Assembly: GCA_048938295.1 (NCBI GenBank)
Contig: JBHLMI010000017.1
Location: forward strand, 23,625 to 55,624
Length of the DNA stretch: 32,000 nucleotides
From: Promethearchaeota archaeon
GTDB lineage: Archaea > Asgardarchaeota > Hermodarchaeia > Hermodarchaeales > Hermodarchaeaceae
Direction: 5' to 3'
Part shown: one piece after another, positions 1-8,234 of the stretch
Layout of the letters: each line of letters begins with the position of its first letter
Position numbering within the stretch: position 1 is the first letter of the stretch
Translations under genes and position numbers: made by a program
The notes under the pieces: model-generated
What the model was told of the DNA's origin: nothing
Databases searched by the model: none
What the model saw: only the letters and a program-made list of their open reading frames with translations

Positions 1-74
1 AAATGGGCAATTATGCATGATAAGAGAAATTTACGACCTTATTTACTATTTACTACTCTAACTTTTGATAATCG

Positions 75-1079
75 ATGTCAGACCAATCAATAGTAAATTA
101 TGTAACGAAGTTGATTAGGGGTCTAGAAACACGGGGTATTGATTTTGTAGTTTCAGAAGGTGCTCTAGGGTGTAACGTTACTGAAATTTTTGTTACAGAA
201 GCTCATGAACTTATCATATTCCCTTTGGATTCACTCGATACGGTTTCGATTCAGTGGATATTACAAGTGCGAACTCCATTAAATATTCGAATCACACTTT
301 TTTCCTCAGAGGTACCAAAATTAAAAATCCAAGTGTGTAACGCAATAAAAAAACTCACACAAGATGGTGTAGAAATTCCTCAAACTCAGCAATCTCTCTC
401 AATCCAAGATTTAACAGAAACTAACATTAACCGATTCCTTGGCTCCCTTGAAAACTGGGCAAATATAAAAACGAATGGAAGACCCCTCCCGGATGTAAAA
501 ATATCAAAATCTTTACCTGAGTCCGAAGAGGAATATAGCAGTTCAAATGAGCAAAACCGAGAAGACTTGCACGTTCATCTAAGAAATGCCATCAAGACCT
601 ATTGGACAGAGCGATATTTTGCCAGATATATGAGTATTCCCCTACAGAAGGTTAAAGAATTAGCTGAAAAAATTGGAATACAACGCGAAGTATGCGGGCA
701 TGAAACCTTGTATTTCTTCAACAGAAAAAGAGCACTAGAGACTTACTTCGCACATATTATCAAATGCATTCTGAATGAATTAAATCTGAAATACCAGGAG
801 ACATCTATGCACGACTTTTCTCTCCCGGACTTGCATCTCAGAATTCATTTCTTTGAAGGAGAGAAAGAACAGCTAAAGATCCTGGCTAGTGAATACGTTC
901 AAAATCGTGATCTGATTGTTATAACGCCCGAATCATTACGTAAGGCGATTGGGCTGATTCAGGATGATATCTTTCAGGTGATGCCCCTAGACCAAGATAA
1001 GATTAAGGCTACTCTAATTAAAATCGTACGCCAAAGGATTGATTATATACCTGCATACTCATCAGGAATAATTCAATAG
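75..1079 (+). CDS. hypothetical protein (334 aa), possible internal helix-turn-helix
   Basis: Long ATG-started ORF with no competing ORF. No family recognised; the segment WTERYFARYMSIPLQKVKELAEKIGI looks HTH-like. Confidence 0.7.
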   Translation: MSDQSIVNYVTKLIRGLETRGIDFVVSEGALGCNVTEIFVTEAHELIIFPLDSLDTVSIQWILQVRTPLNIRITLFSSEVPKLKIQVCNAIKKLTQDGVEIPQTQQSLSIQDLTETNINRFLGSLENWANIKTNGRPLPDVKISKSLPESEEEYSSSNEQNREDLHVHLRNAIKTYWTERYFARYMSIPLQKVKELAEKIGIQREVCGHETLYFFNRKRALETYFAHIIKCILNELNLKYQETSMHDFSLPDLHLRIHFFEGEKEQLKILASEYVQNRDLIVITPESLRKAIGLIQDDIFQVMPLDQDKIKATLIKIVRQRIDYIPAYSSGIIQ

Positions 1080-1168
1080 AAAACAGTCATTTACGCGGCA
1101 AGATTGATGAAGGACATAAAGTTTAAATCTCATCTTCCTGATGCCTAGAACCCCGGTGGGGACTAAAC

Positions 1169-1942
1169 ATGATCGAGATAATCTGGCTAAAAGAGGTCAA
1201 GGATCTTCGAGATCCAATAGCACTTGTTGGCATGCCAGGCATTGCTAGTGTGGGAAAATTGGCCATTGAAGTTCTTATCCGGAGTCTAAAAGCCGAACCC
1301 ATAGTTCAGGTTCTTTCTGATGATTTCCCCCCCCATGTAATGATTAACGAAGAAGGCATGATGAAAATCCCTGAATGTCAAATTTACCTGCATAAAAATT
1401 CTAATGCAAATCATGATATTTTACTCGTTTCAGGTGATTTTCAGCCATCAACCTCACAGGGCATATATGAGTTCTCGGACAGAATTGCGGAAACATTCAA
1501 GAAGCTTAATGTGAGTAAAGTTGCTGCAACGGGTGCATATGTTCCTGGCGAATACCCCGAAAATCCAAAGGTCTTTGTCTCATCTACAGGAACGAAATTT
1601 CAGGAATTTTTCACCGGGCTTGACTATATCGAACCAATGTCTGACGGAGTCATAAACGGGGCTAATGGGGTAATCCCTGCTTGGGCTAATCTAAAGTACG
1701 GCATCGAAGGTGTATGCCTATTGGCAGAAACAGTGCCTTTATTGCGCTTGGACCCGAGAGCCTCCAAATTAATTGTGAAGGTTCTCAATGACCGATTCAA
1801 TATCAACGCCGATGTATCGGAGCTGGACCAAAAGATAGAGGAAATGAAAGGCATTTTCGCTCAAGTAAAATATCATCTTCTTCAACAAAGAGAACGCCAA
1901 GAACCACGCGATGAATCAGAAAGTGCCAGTTACATTGGCTAG
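1169..1942 (+). CDS. proteasome assembly chaperone family protein (PAC2 / PbaA-PbaB-like)
   Basis: GMPGIASVGKLA motif, LVSGDFQP, GANGVIP, CLLAET, DPRAS and the C-terminal YIG typical of archaeal PAC2-family proteins. A BRE/TATA-like AAAGTTTAAAT lies upstream. Confidence 0.92.
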   Translation: MIEIIWLKEVKDLRDPIALVGMPGIASVGKLAIEVLIRSLKAEPIVQVLSDDFPPHVMINEEGMMKIPECQIYLHKNSNANHDILLVSGDFQPSTSQGIYEFSDRIAETFKKLNVSKVAATGAYVPGEYPENPKVFVSSTGTKFQEFFTGLDYIEPMSDGVINGANGVIPAWANLKYGIEGVCLLAETVPLLRLDPRASKLIVKVLNDRFNINADVSELDQKIEEMKGIFAQVKYHLLQQRERQEPRDESESASYIG

Positions 1943-1972
1943 GACAGGGTTGTCTTAATCTGAGGGTAAATT

Positions 1973-2578
1973 ATGGGATTGCTATCCGCACTCATGAAAA
2001 TAATATTGACCTTTCTCGGAATAGCAGTCGTATTGCTAATAATCGATTTCTTCCTTTTTCAATCACAAAATATCACTGCGCTCTTGACCGCAATACAACT
2101 CGCGTTTACATTAAATCAACTCGCTAGCTGGGGCATACTGATACTCATTATCTCAATCATTGCTCTCATAGGAGGATTACTCTTCTACAGACGGAGACTT
2201 TTCATACGAAATCTAAAAAATGAGCTCAACGAGGCAGAACGAATTACTCTAATCGAACTTGCACAAAGATTAGAGGAAAAACCCGCAAGAATCGAAGTGG
2301 AACTGAATCGAATGGCTAATTCCAAAGTTACACGGTTCCAAGGTCTCCTGATTATTTCCCAAGGCAAGCATGTCTATATCGGAGAGAAACTACTTAAAGA
2401 AATAGTAGAGTCTTACAACGAGGGCCAGCCACGTGGAGAAATCGCGAATGCTCTTCAAATAAGCCGATCGGAACTAGACAAAACAATTGAACTCCTCATC
2501 GATAAAGAAGAGATTGAGGAACGCGAAGAAAAAGTAACGCGAAAAGTCCGTCCAAGCTATCGACGTGGTACCCGGTAA
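1973..2578 (+). CDS. membrane protein with two N-terminal TM helices and tandem winged-helix (PCI/DDRGK-like) domains
   Basis: Hydrophobic stretches at aa ~8-29 and ~53-72 followed by RRR. Then ITLIELAQRL..PARIEVELNRM..GLLIISQGKHVYI and a second HTH, RGEIANALQISRSELDKTIELLI. Confidence 0.7.
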   Translation: MGLLSALMKIILTFLGIAVVLLIIDFFLFQSQNITALLTAIQLAFTLNQLASWGILILIISIIALIGGLLFYRRRLFIRNLKNELNEAERITLIELAQRLEEKPARIEVELNRMANSKVTRFQGLLIISQGKHVYIGEKLLKEIVESYNEGQPRGEIANALQISRSELDKTIELLIDKEEIEEREEKVTRKVRPSYRRGTR

Positions 2579-2606
2579 ATACCCCTGACAACAAGAAGGG
2601 AAATGG

Positions 2607-3446
2607 ATGAAGAAATGGCAGTCGGCTAATCGACCAGAAACATCCGATAGAATCCAATATCACATCGGGCTAAGACCTGAGGACATCACATCATCTGTTC
2701 TCTTACCCGGTGATCCTGCTCGTGCTACATTAATTTCTAACCTATGGGATTCAGCGAAACAGATGGCTAACAAACGGAATTACGTAACCTATACGGGTCT
2801 TTACAAAAAAACCCCAATTACCACAACATCCACGGGAATCGGTTGTCCTGCAACGGCAATTGCCATCGAAGAACTAGCCTCAATTGGCGCCAAAACCCTA
2901 ATTCGGGTAGGTAGCTCCGGGGCTATCCAAGAAAATATCAGCTGCGGTGACTTAATAATTACCACAGGCGCAGTCCGGTATGATGGTACAAGTTCGCAAT
3001 ACGTCAACCCACAATATCCCGCTTTTGCCAACCATCAAGTTATCCTTGCCCTCATTGAAGCTGCTGAAAACTTTGGGTACCCTTATCATGTTGGAATAAC
3101 CTGCAGTACGGATAGCTTTTACACTGGCCAAGGACGACCGGGATTCAATAATTACTGGCAATCACACATGGACAACATAATCCCCGATTTGAGGGCAGCT
3201 CAGGTGTTAAACTTCGAGATGGAATGCTCAATACTGTTGACACTTACAAATCTTTTCGGATTACGAGGTGGAGCCGTCTGTGCAGTGTTTGCTAACCGAG
3301 TGACTGATGAGTTTGCGGTATTAGGCGAAACAGAGGTCAGCAAAACCGCTTGCGAAGCTGTAAAAATCCTCGCGGAATGGGATGATCAATTAGATAAAAC
3401 AGACAAAAAGACTTGGTTTCCAAGCCTGAGAACTGGGCCCAAATGA
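2607..3446 (+). CDS. udp: uridine phosphorylase / nucleoside phosphorylase (PNP_UDP_1 family)
   Basis: QYHIGL, LLPGDPAR, STGIGCPATAIAIEEL, IRVGSSG, DSFYTGQGR and NFEME motifs. Confidence 0.9.
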   Translation: MKKWQSANRPETSDRIQYHIGLRPEDITSSVLLPGDPARATLISNLWDSAKQMANKRNYVTYTGLYKKTPITTTSTGIGCPATAIAIEELASIGAKTLIRVGSSGAIQENISCGDLIITTGAVRYDGTSSQYVNPQYPAFANHQVILALIEAAENFGYPYHVGITCSTDSFYTGQGRPGFNNYWQSHMDNIIPDLRAAQVLNFEMECSILLTLTNLFGLRGGAVCAVFANRVTDEFAVLGETEVSKTACEAVKILAEWDDQLDKTDKKTWFPSLRTGPK

Positions 3447-3448
3447 AG

Positions 3449-3577
3449 TGGTAGCTCGGCGCGGATTCGAACCGCGGTCCCGGGGTATCTTCACTGTTTT
3501 TGAAAATTATAGTTCCAAAGCCCCGGATGATTGACCAATGTACATACTCATCAATGAGTAATCTACACTACCGAGCT
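3449..3577 (-). tRNA. tRNA-Gln(UUG) with two introns (D-loop 3537-3561, 25 nt; canonical 37/38 3487-3514, 28 nt), CCA encoded
   Basis: Minus strand reads AGCTCGG TA GTGT AGA[intron]GGTCAA TCAT C CGGGG CT TTG G[intron]A CCCCG GGAC CGCGG TTCGAAT CCGCG CCGAGCT A CCA. Removing both introns gives a 76-nt cloverleaf. The canonical intron forms a BHB (CTTT/GAAG helix). Confidence 0.92.
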
Positions 3578-3643
3578 TATGAATTCACTGAGGCGATTCT
3601 TTTCTTTAGTGCTTCTTGAGTCTTTCGGCTTTTGAAGGACTTG

Positions 3644-5383
3644 CTATTCCGCAATTTCCTCTCGCAAAGATAACAGGATTCTATCCATTCGTCCTACGGC
3701 TTTATCCCGGCGTTTCTCCAAGTCTTTCTGGAGCTTCTGGTAGACGGAAGCTGTAATCCGCTTTTGCCTGTAACGCTGTTCAAGGGCATGAAGTGCTTCA
3801 ATTGCACTGACTCTTTCTGCTTCCATCAGCTCAAGTTGACGAACACTGGATTCATACTTTCCACCAGCGTCAATTAACGATTGGCTTCTGCTTGCTAATT
3901 CCTGGTCAAGTGCACGAAGTTTCTTTTCGAAGCTCTTTTTCTCCTTTCGGTATCTCGGTTTAGAAATCTTTCCTTGAAGCATGGTCTTTTCTAGCCTTTC
4001 TGACTGCAGTAAGAGGGCAATTTTTTCACCATATAACGCACAAAATTCGCTAAGAATTGCTGGATCAACTTCTGCAGCTACTACGATCTCTTCCTCCTCC
4101 TCACGGAAAAAGGGTACATGTCTAACTATAACATAACCGAGACAGAAAATCCCCACAAGAAGGAAGAGGACTACCGGTCGAATAAAAGCTTGTGAAAGCG
4201 GATACACATAGTTAAGTCTAACTTCACTCTGGGTGATGGAAGTGACATTATTAGCTCTAATGGAAACCAGGTATTGCCCTGTCGGAGAAATCGATGTCAT
4301 AGCCCCAAGAGGAACACCTTGAAGCCAGCTTCCGATTGGAAGCAAGAATTCTGTTGTCTGTTGCTCAATTAGGAAGGGATATTCAAGATACAGGTCTAAA
4401 AATAACAATTGACCAGTTTGTAACACTAATTGGTTATGATCGAGAGGAATCCGGTATTCAAAATAGAAAGTGTAGGTATCTCCCTTTTCTAAGTGATATT
4501 GAAAGTTAACATTGATTATCCCTGGATCAAAAATACTGGCGGGAGTTTCGATTTGGCTAGATAAGTTTGTTACACTATCATAAACTCTAAGAAATTGGCT
4601 ACCTGGAGGCAACAGAAGTTGGATTGACTGCCAGACTCTATCAACATTTGAGAAACGGGGGTTATCACTATTCACTTGAAGCGTGTGTTCTTCATGAGCA
4701 AAGAGATATCCCCACGGATCGATCGAAAACTGTCGATGGAGTTCTGAATACGTAATTAAAGGAAAGAACTCAGCAGAATCGAACTCAAGATTAGATATTC
4801 CCCACTCAAATGAAAAAGGATGAAGATCACTCCCGGACCATAGAGTGCGAGTAGGCGCTGTAAAAACTTCGACATAAGTAAATCTTGTCTCATAGCTCTG
4901 GATGAAGTAAGGGCTAGTGGGTTTTACAGGAACTGCAATTTTAGCCTTCTCTCCTGTCTGGGAAGTCAGACCAGTTATTGCCATCTGAGCTTTTATTGTG
5001 GTATTCTGGCTAGGCATAACCGGGGTGTGTAAAAAGATCTGCCATCCTGTACAGTTGGGGCCAATAATTGGAACACGTTGGAAAAGCAGTGAGGTGCCAT
5101 TCAAAGTTTCAGCTCGAAACTCCTTGACACTATTAATTTCAGAGAGGGGGTATGCTGTCAAGAATGAAAAAGCTGGTTCTGGTCCAGGATTATAGATCGT
5201 AATAGTGTCAGTCACGAGTGTCATTCCATAGGTCTCATAATAGACATCTCGGTCTATGTCTGTAATTATTAACTGCGAACCACTTCCACCTACAGGCAGC
5301 CCAAGAGCTAGAATCATAGGCAAACAGATGAGAATAAGTAGAAACGCGACTCTAGTCTTCAAAGACACACGCACCGATGCCAA
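3644..5383 (-). CDS. ribophorin I (OST1/RPN1)-like oligosaccharyltransferase accessory subunit
   Basis: Signal peptide, two beta-rich repeats (IDRDVYYETYGMTLVTDTITIYN; LHRQFSIDPWGYLFAHEEHTL, compare the RPN1 REIEVSHWG motif), a single TM helix near aa 402-422 and a charged helical cytosolic tail. Several N-x-S/T sequons. Confidence 0.8.
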   Translation of the reverse strand: MASVRVSLKTRVAFLLILICLPMILALGLPVGGSGSQLIITDIDRDVYYETYGMTLVTDTITIYNPGPEPAFSFLTAYPLSEINSVKEFRAETLNGTSLLFQRVPIIGPNCTGWQIFLHTPVMPSQNTTIKAQMAITGLTSQTGEKAKIAVPVKPTSPYFIQSYETRFTYVEVFTAPTRTLWSGSDLHPFSFEWGISNLEFDSAEFFPLITYSELHRQFSIDPWGYLFAHEEHTLQVNSDNPRFSNVDRVWQSIQLLLPPGSQFLRVYDSVTNLSSQIETPASIFDPGIINVNFQYHLEKGDTYTFYFEYRIPLDHNQLVLQTGQLLFLDLYLEYPFLIEQQTTEFLLPIGSWLQGVPLGAMTSISPTGQYLVSIRANNVTSITQSEVRLNYVYPLSQAFIRPVVLFLLVGIFCLGYVIVRHVPFFREEEEEIVVAAEVDPAILSEFCALYGEKIALLLQSERLEKTMLQGKISKPRYRKEKKSFEKKLRALDQELASRSQSLIDAGGKYESSVRQLELMEAERVSAIEALHALEQRYRQKRITASVYQKLQKDLEKRRDKAVGRMDRILLSLREEIAE

Positions 5384-5571
5384 GTTTCGATTTGTCGATT
5401 CCGTTCACGTATTTAACTTTGTCGTTGTGTGCCCTGCCTGTGGGCTGGGAAAAATCGTTAGATTTCTTATCTAAGCCTTCACTCTGTGGTTTTTTGATAA
5501 AAAAAGCGCAACAACAAATCGTTCTACTAAAACCACCCAATTTCGTGTCTGCACCATTTTCTTAACGAAGT

Positions 5572-6339
5572 CTATTCTAAGGGCTTTTTCCATGAGTTGG
5601 GTATTTTATCTTGTATCTTTGCAGGTACCCCAAATACAATGGCTTTAGGAGGCACGTTCTTGGTTACGACGGCTCCAGCTCCTACAACAGCTTCTGCTCC
5701 AATTTCGATATTTGGCATAATTACAGCTCCTGCTCCAACGCTTACACCTTCTCGTAATATCGGGCCATGAAGGTCGTATCGTGTTCTCATAACATATTTA
5801 TCGTTGGTAAGAATGCAGCTAGGTCCAAGGAAGACATGGTTTTCAATATGGGTATTCCATGGAATGTATGCATTGGATTGGATTGATACCTTGCTTCCTA
5901 TGGATGAGTTGCCATCGATTATCACACCAGTTCCGACAGTAGTGCCCTCGCCAATGGTGACTTTTTCACGTATTAACACATTATGTCCTAAACGCACATT
6001 ATTTCCCACTTGAGAACCTGCGTATATCATTGATCCCGATCGAATTATACATTCATGGCCAATTCTAGTGGACTCCAAGCCAATCCAAGGGGATTCAATT
6101 TTTCCTTGCTGAAAATCTCGGATTAAGCTCTGGGGAGGAAACCCGATTGTTGTCCTTTCACCAATAAAGGCTTGGTTTCCAATCAGAGCGGGTCCTTGAA
6201 TAAAACAACCTGGTCCGAAGTAGCATCTCTCTCCACTTTCAACAGTCCCTCTTACTTGAACAAAGGCCTCTATTAGACAGCCTGGCCCAAGATTTATTTC
6301 TCCTTCAAGAACTGCGCTAGGATGTATTCTTTCTTTCAA
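5572..6339 (-). CDS. hexapeptide-repeat (LbH) sugar N-acetyltransferase, WbpD/WlbB-like
   Basis: IHPSA start, hexapeptide repeats, VFLGPSCILTND and VGAGAVVTKNVP..GVPAK. TTG start overlaps the upstream TGA by 4 bp. Confidence 0.85.
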   Translation of the reverse strand: MKERIHPSAVLEGEINLGPGCLIEAFVQVRGTVESGERCYFGPGCFIQGPALIGNQAFIGERTTIGFPPQSLIRDFQQGKIESPWIGLESTRIGHECIIRSGSMIYAGSQVGNNVRLGHNVLIREKVTIGEGTTVGTGVIIDGNSSIGSKVSIQSNAYIPWNTHIENHVFLGPSCILTNDKYVMRTRYDLHGPILREGVSVGAGAVIMPNIEIGAEAVVGAGAVVTKNVPPKAIVFGVPAKIQDKIPNSWKKPLE

Positions 6340-7298
6340 TGGGCATGAAACTCCTCAAGATAGATAATTTTCTTTCTTCGAGCACTTTCAAGGGCTGCTT
6401 CTGCAATGCGAAGGGCTTCTAGCCCATCAGTGCCAGAAGTAAAGGGGGGTTGGTGTTCTGTAATACTTTTCACAAAGTGGCTAAGTTCTCGTTTTAATGG
6501 TTCATCCCATGCAGAATTGGATTTTTGTTCCCATTGACTAGTACCGATTGTAACTTCTTGTGAAATGTAATCTAACGAGATGACGCCTTCGGAGCCTGTA
6601 ATGTTTAATCCGCGAAGCTTTCGGGGGGTTAGCCAGTTGCATTCTAGGAAAAATGTTGGTTTATCGTTGAAACGAATCACGATGTTGGCATGATCTTCAT
6701 ATTTGTGATACAAGTTCCCGGCGATTGCGTACACTGCTGTCGCCTCCTGCTTGACTAAGAATCGAGAGATGTCGATATCATGAATGGCCATGTCTTTGAT
6801 TATTCCAATGTCTGCTACTCGACCAGGGACGAATGGACCTAGCCTGCGGGATGATCCCAACACAAGTTCACCGATTTTTCCTTGGTCAATGAATTCAGCT
6901 GCGGTCTTCACAGAGGGGTTGAAGCGTTCCACAAAACCTACCATTAACAGTATATTCGCTGCTTTTGCTCCATCTATGACCCGTTGGGCTTGACCTACTG
7001 TATCCGTCATTGGTTTCTCAAGTAATACATGCTTTCCTGAAGCAATTGCCTCTAAGGCAAGGTCTGCATGCGTAACCGTTGGTGTGCAGATGGTTACCGC
7101 GTCAATATCCTTGTTTCGGAACAGGTCACTCGGTTGCGTATAATGAATTACTTTGAATTTTTTCGCGAATGATTTAGCCTTATCCGCATCTCGATCTGCG
7201 ATGGCAACTAGGTTCGCTTCTTCTAATTCTGAGAAAACCCGTACGTGGTGTTTACCCCAAGCACCAACACCGATTACGCCAATTCCTAGAGGATCCAT
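6336..7298 (-). CDS. Gfo/Idh/MocA oxidoreductase, WbpB-like (UDP-GlcNAc(A) 3-dehydrogenase)
   Basis: GVIGVGAWG Rossmann motif, LLEKP, GFVERFNP and DMAIHDID. ATG at 7298 preferred over the ORF-track start at 7310. Confidence 0.85.
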   Translation of the reverse strand: MDPLGIGVIGVGAWGKHHVRVFSELEEANLVAIADRDADKAKSFAKKFKVIHYTQPSDLFRNKDIDAVTICTPTVTHADLALEAIASGKHVLLEKPMTDTVGQAQRVIDGAKAANILLMVGFVERFNPSVKTAAEFIDQGKIGELVLGSSRRLGPFVPGRVADIGIIKDMAIHDIDISRFLVKQEATAVYAIAGNLYHKYEDHANIVIRFNDKPTFFLECNWLTPRKLRGLNITGSEGVISLDYISQEVTIGTSQWEQKSNSAWDEPLKRELSHFVKSITEHQPPFTSGTDGLEALRIAEAALESARRKKIIYLEEFHAH

Positions 7299-7403
7299 TG
7301 TTGGCACCAAAGCTACAGGACAGGATAGCCCTAAAAAAGTTACCGATGTTACGTTTAAACCAGTTTAATCGAAACGATAATTTAGGAGAATTCCAACAGG
7401 AAC

Positions 7404-8234
7404 TTGATGATTATGTCCCTCTCTGAACCGATGGCGAAACTCCGTCAACTAGGTCTTACAGAGTACGAAACACAAGCCTATTTGGTCTTGATTCAAGGAA
7501 CACAGTTGAATGCTGAAGAAGTAGCTCGTAACGCGAATATTCCTATCCCACGTGTATACGGAGTTTTAGAAAGCCTTAGAGATTTAGGTCTAATTGTAAT
7601 ACTCGAAGGACGCCCCAAGAAGTACGAAATAATCAGCCCTGAGGAGGGCTTTCAAAACCTAATAGAACTAAGAAAACGTGCTGCAGACGAATCCTTGCGC
7701 CAGCTTGAAGAAACAACTCAAGAAGTTAAAGAAGTGCTATCTCCAATCTTTTGGCGAGAACGACTTCGAATAAAGCCAGAAGATCTCCTTGAGTCATTAG
7801 AAAATCTAGCCATAACCGAAAAACAAACAAAGAAATTAATCAAGGAGGCGAAGAATACAATTGATATTTTCACCGATGTCTTCAGTTGGTTTGAAGGCGT
7901 CGAAAAGCATCTCAGTAGGGCTATAGAGCAGGGAGTGAAAATCCGTGTGCTCATGAATATGGAGCATCCAATTACACTATCAACGGTTCAAAAACTCAAA
8001 TCCATGAAAATCAGTGTTCGTCAGCCATCCGATCTGAAATTTCCGGTCAGGGGAACCCTTGCCGACTCCTCAAGGGTTGTTTTTCTTATTTGGGCATCTC
8101 CAAAGAAAAATCGTCGTTCTCCTCGATACGTTTATCGACCAAGTTTTTCGGCCAATGAAGGAATAGTAGAGATCTTTCAACAAAGTTTTGAATACCGCTG
8201 GCAAATGGCTAAGTCTAAGAGTTTACCGGCTTAA
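7404..8234 (+). CDS. TrmB-family transcriptional regulator
   Basis: LRQLGLTEYETQAYLVL..EVARNANIPIPRVYGVLESL..GRPKKY N-terminal wHTH, followed by a C-terminal effector domain. Confidence 0.9.
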   Translation: MMIMSLSEPMAKLRQLGLTEYETQAYLVLIQGTQLNAEEVARNANIPIPRVYGVLESLRDLGLIVILEGRPKKYEIISPEEGFQNLIELRKRAADESLRQLEETTQEVKEVLSPIFWRERLRIKPEDLLESLENLAITEKQTKKLIKEAKNTIDIFTDVFSWFEGVEKHLSRAIEQGVKIRVLMNMEHPITLSTVQKLKSMKISVRQPSDLKFPVRGTLADSSRVVFLIWASPKKNRRSPRYVYRPSFSANEGIVEIFQQSFEYRWQMAKSKSLPA

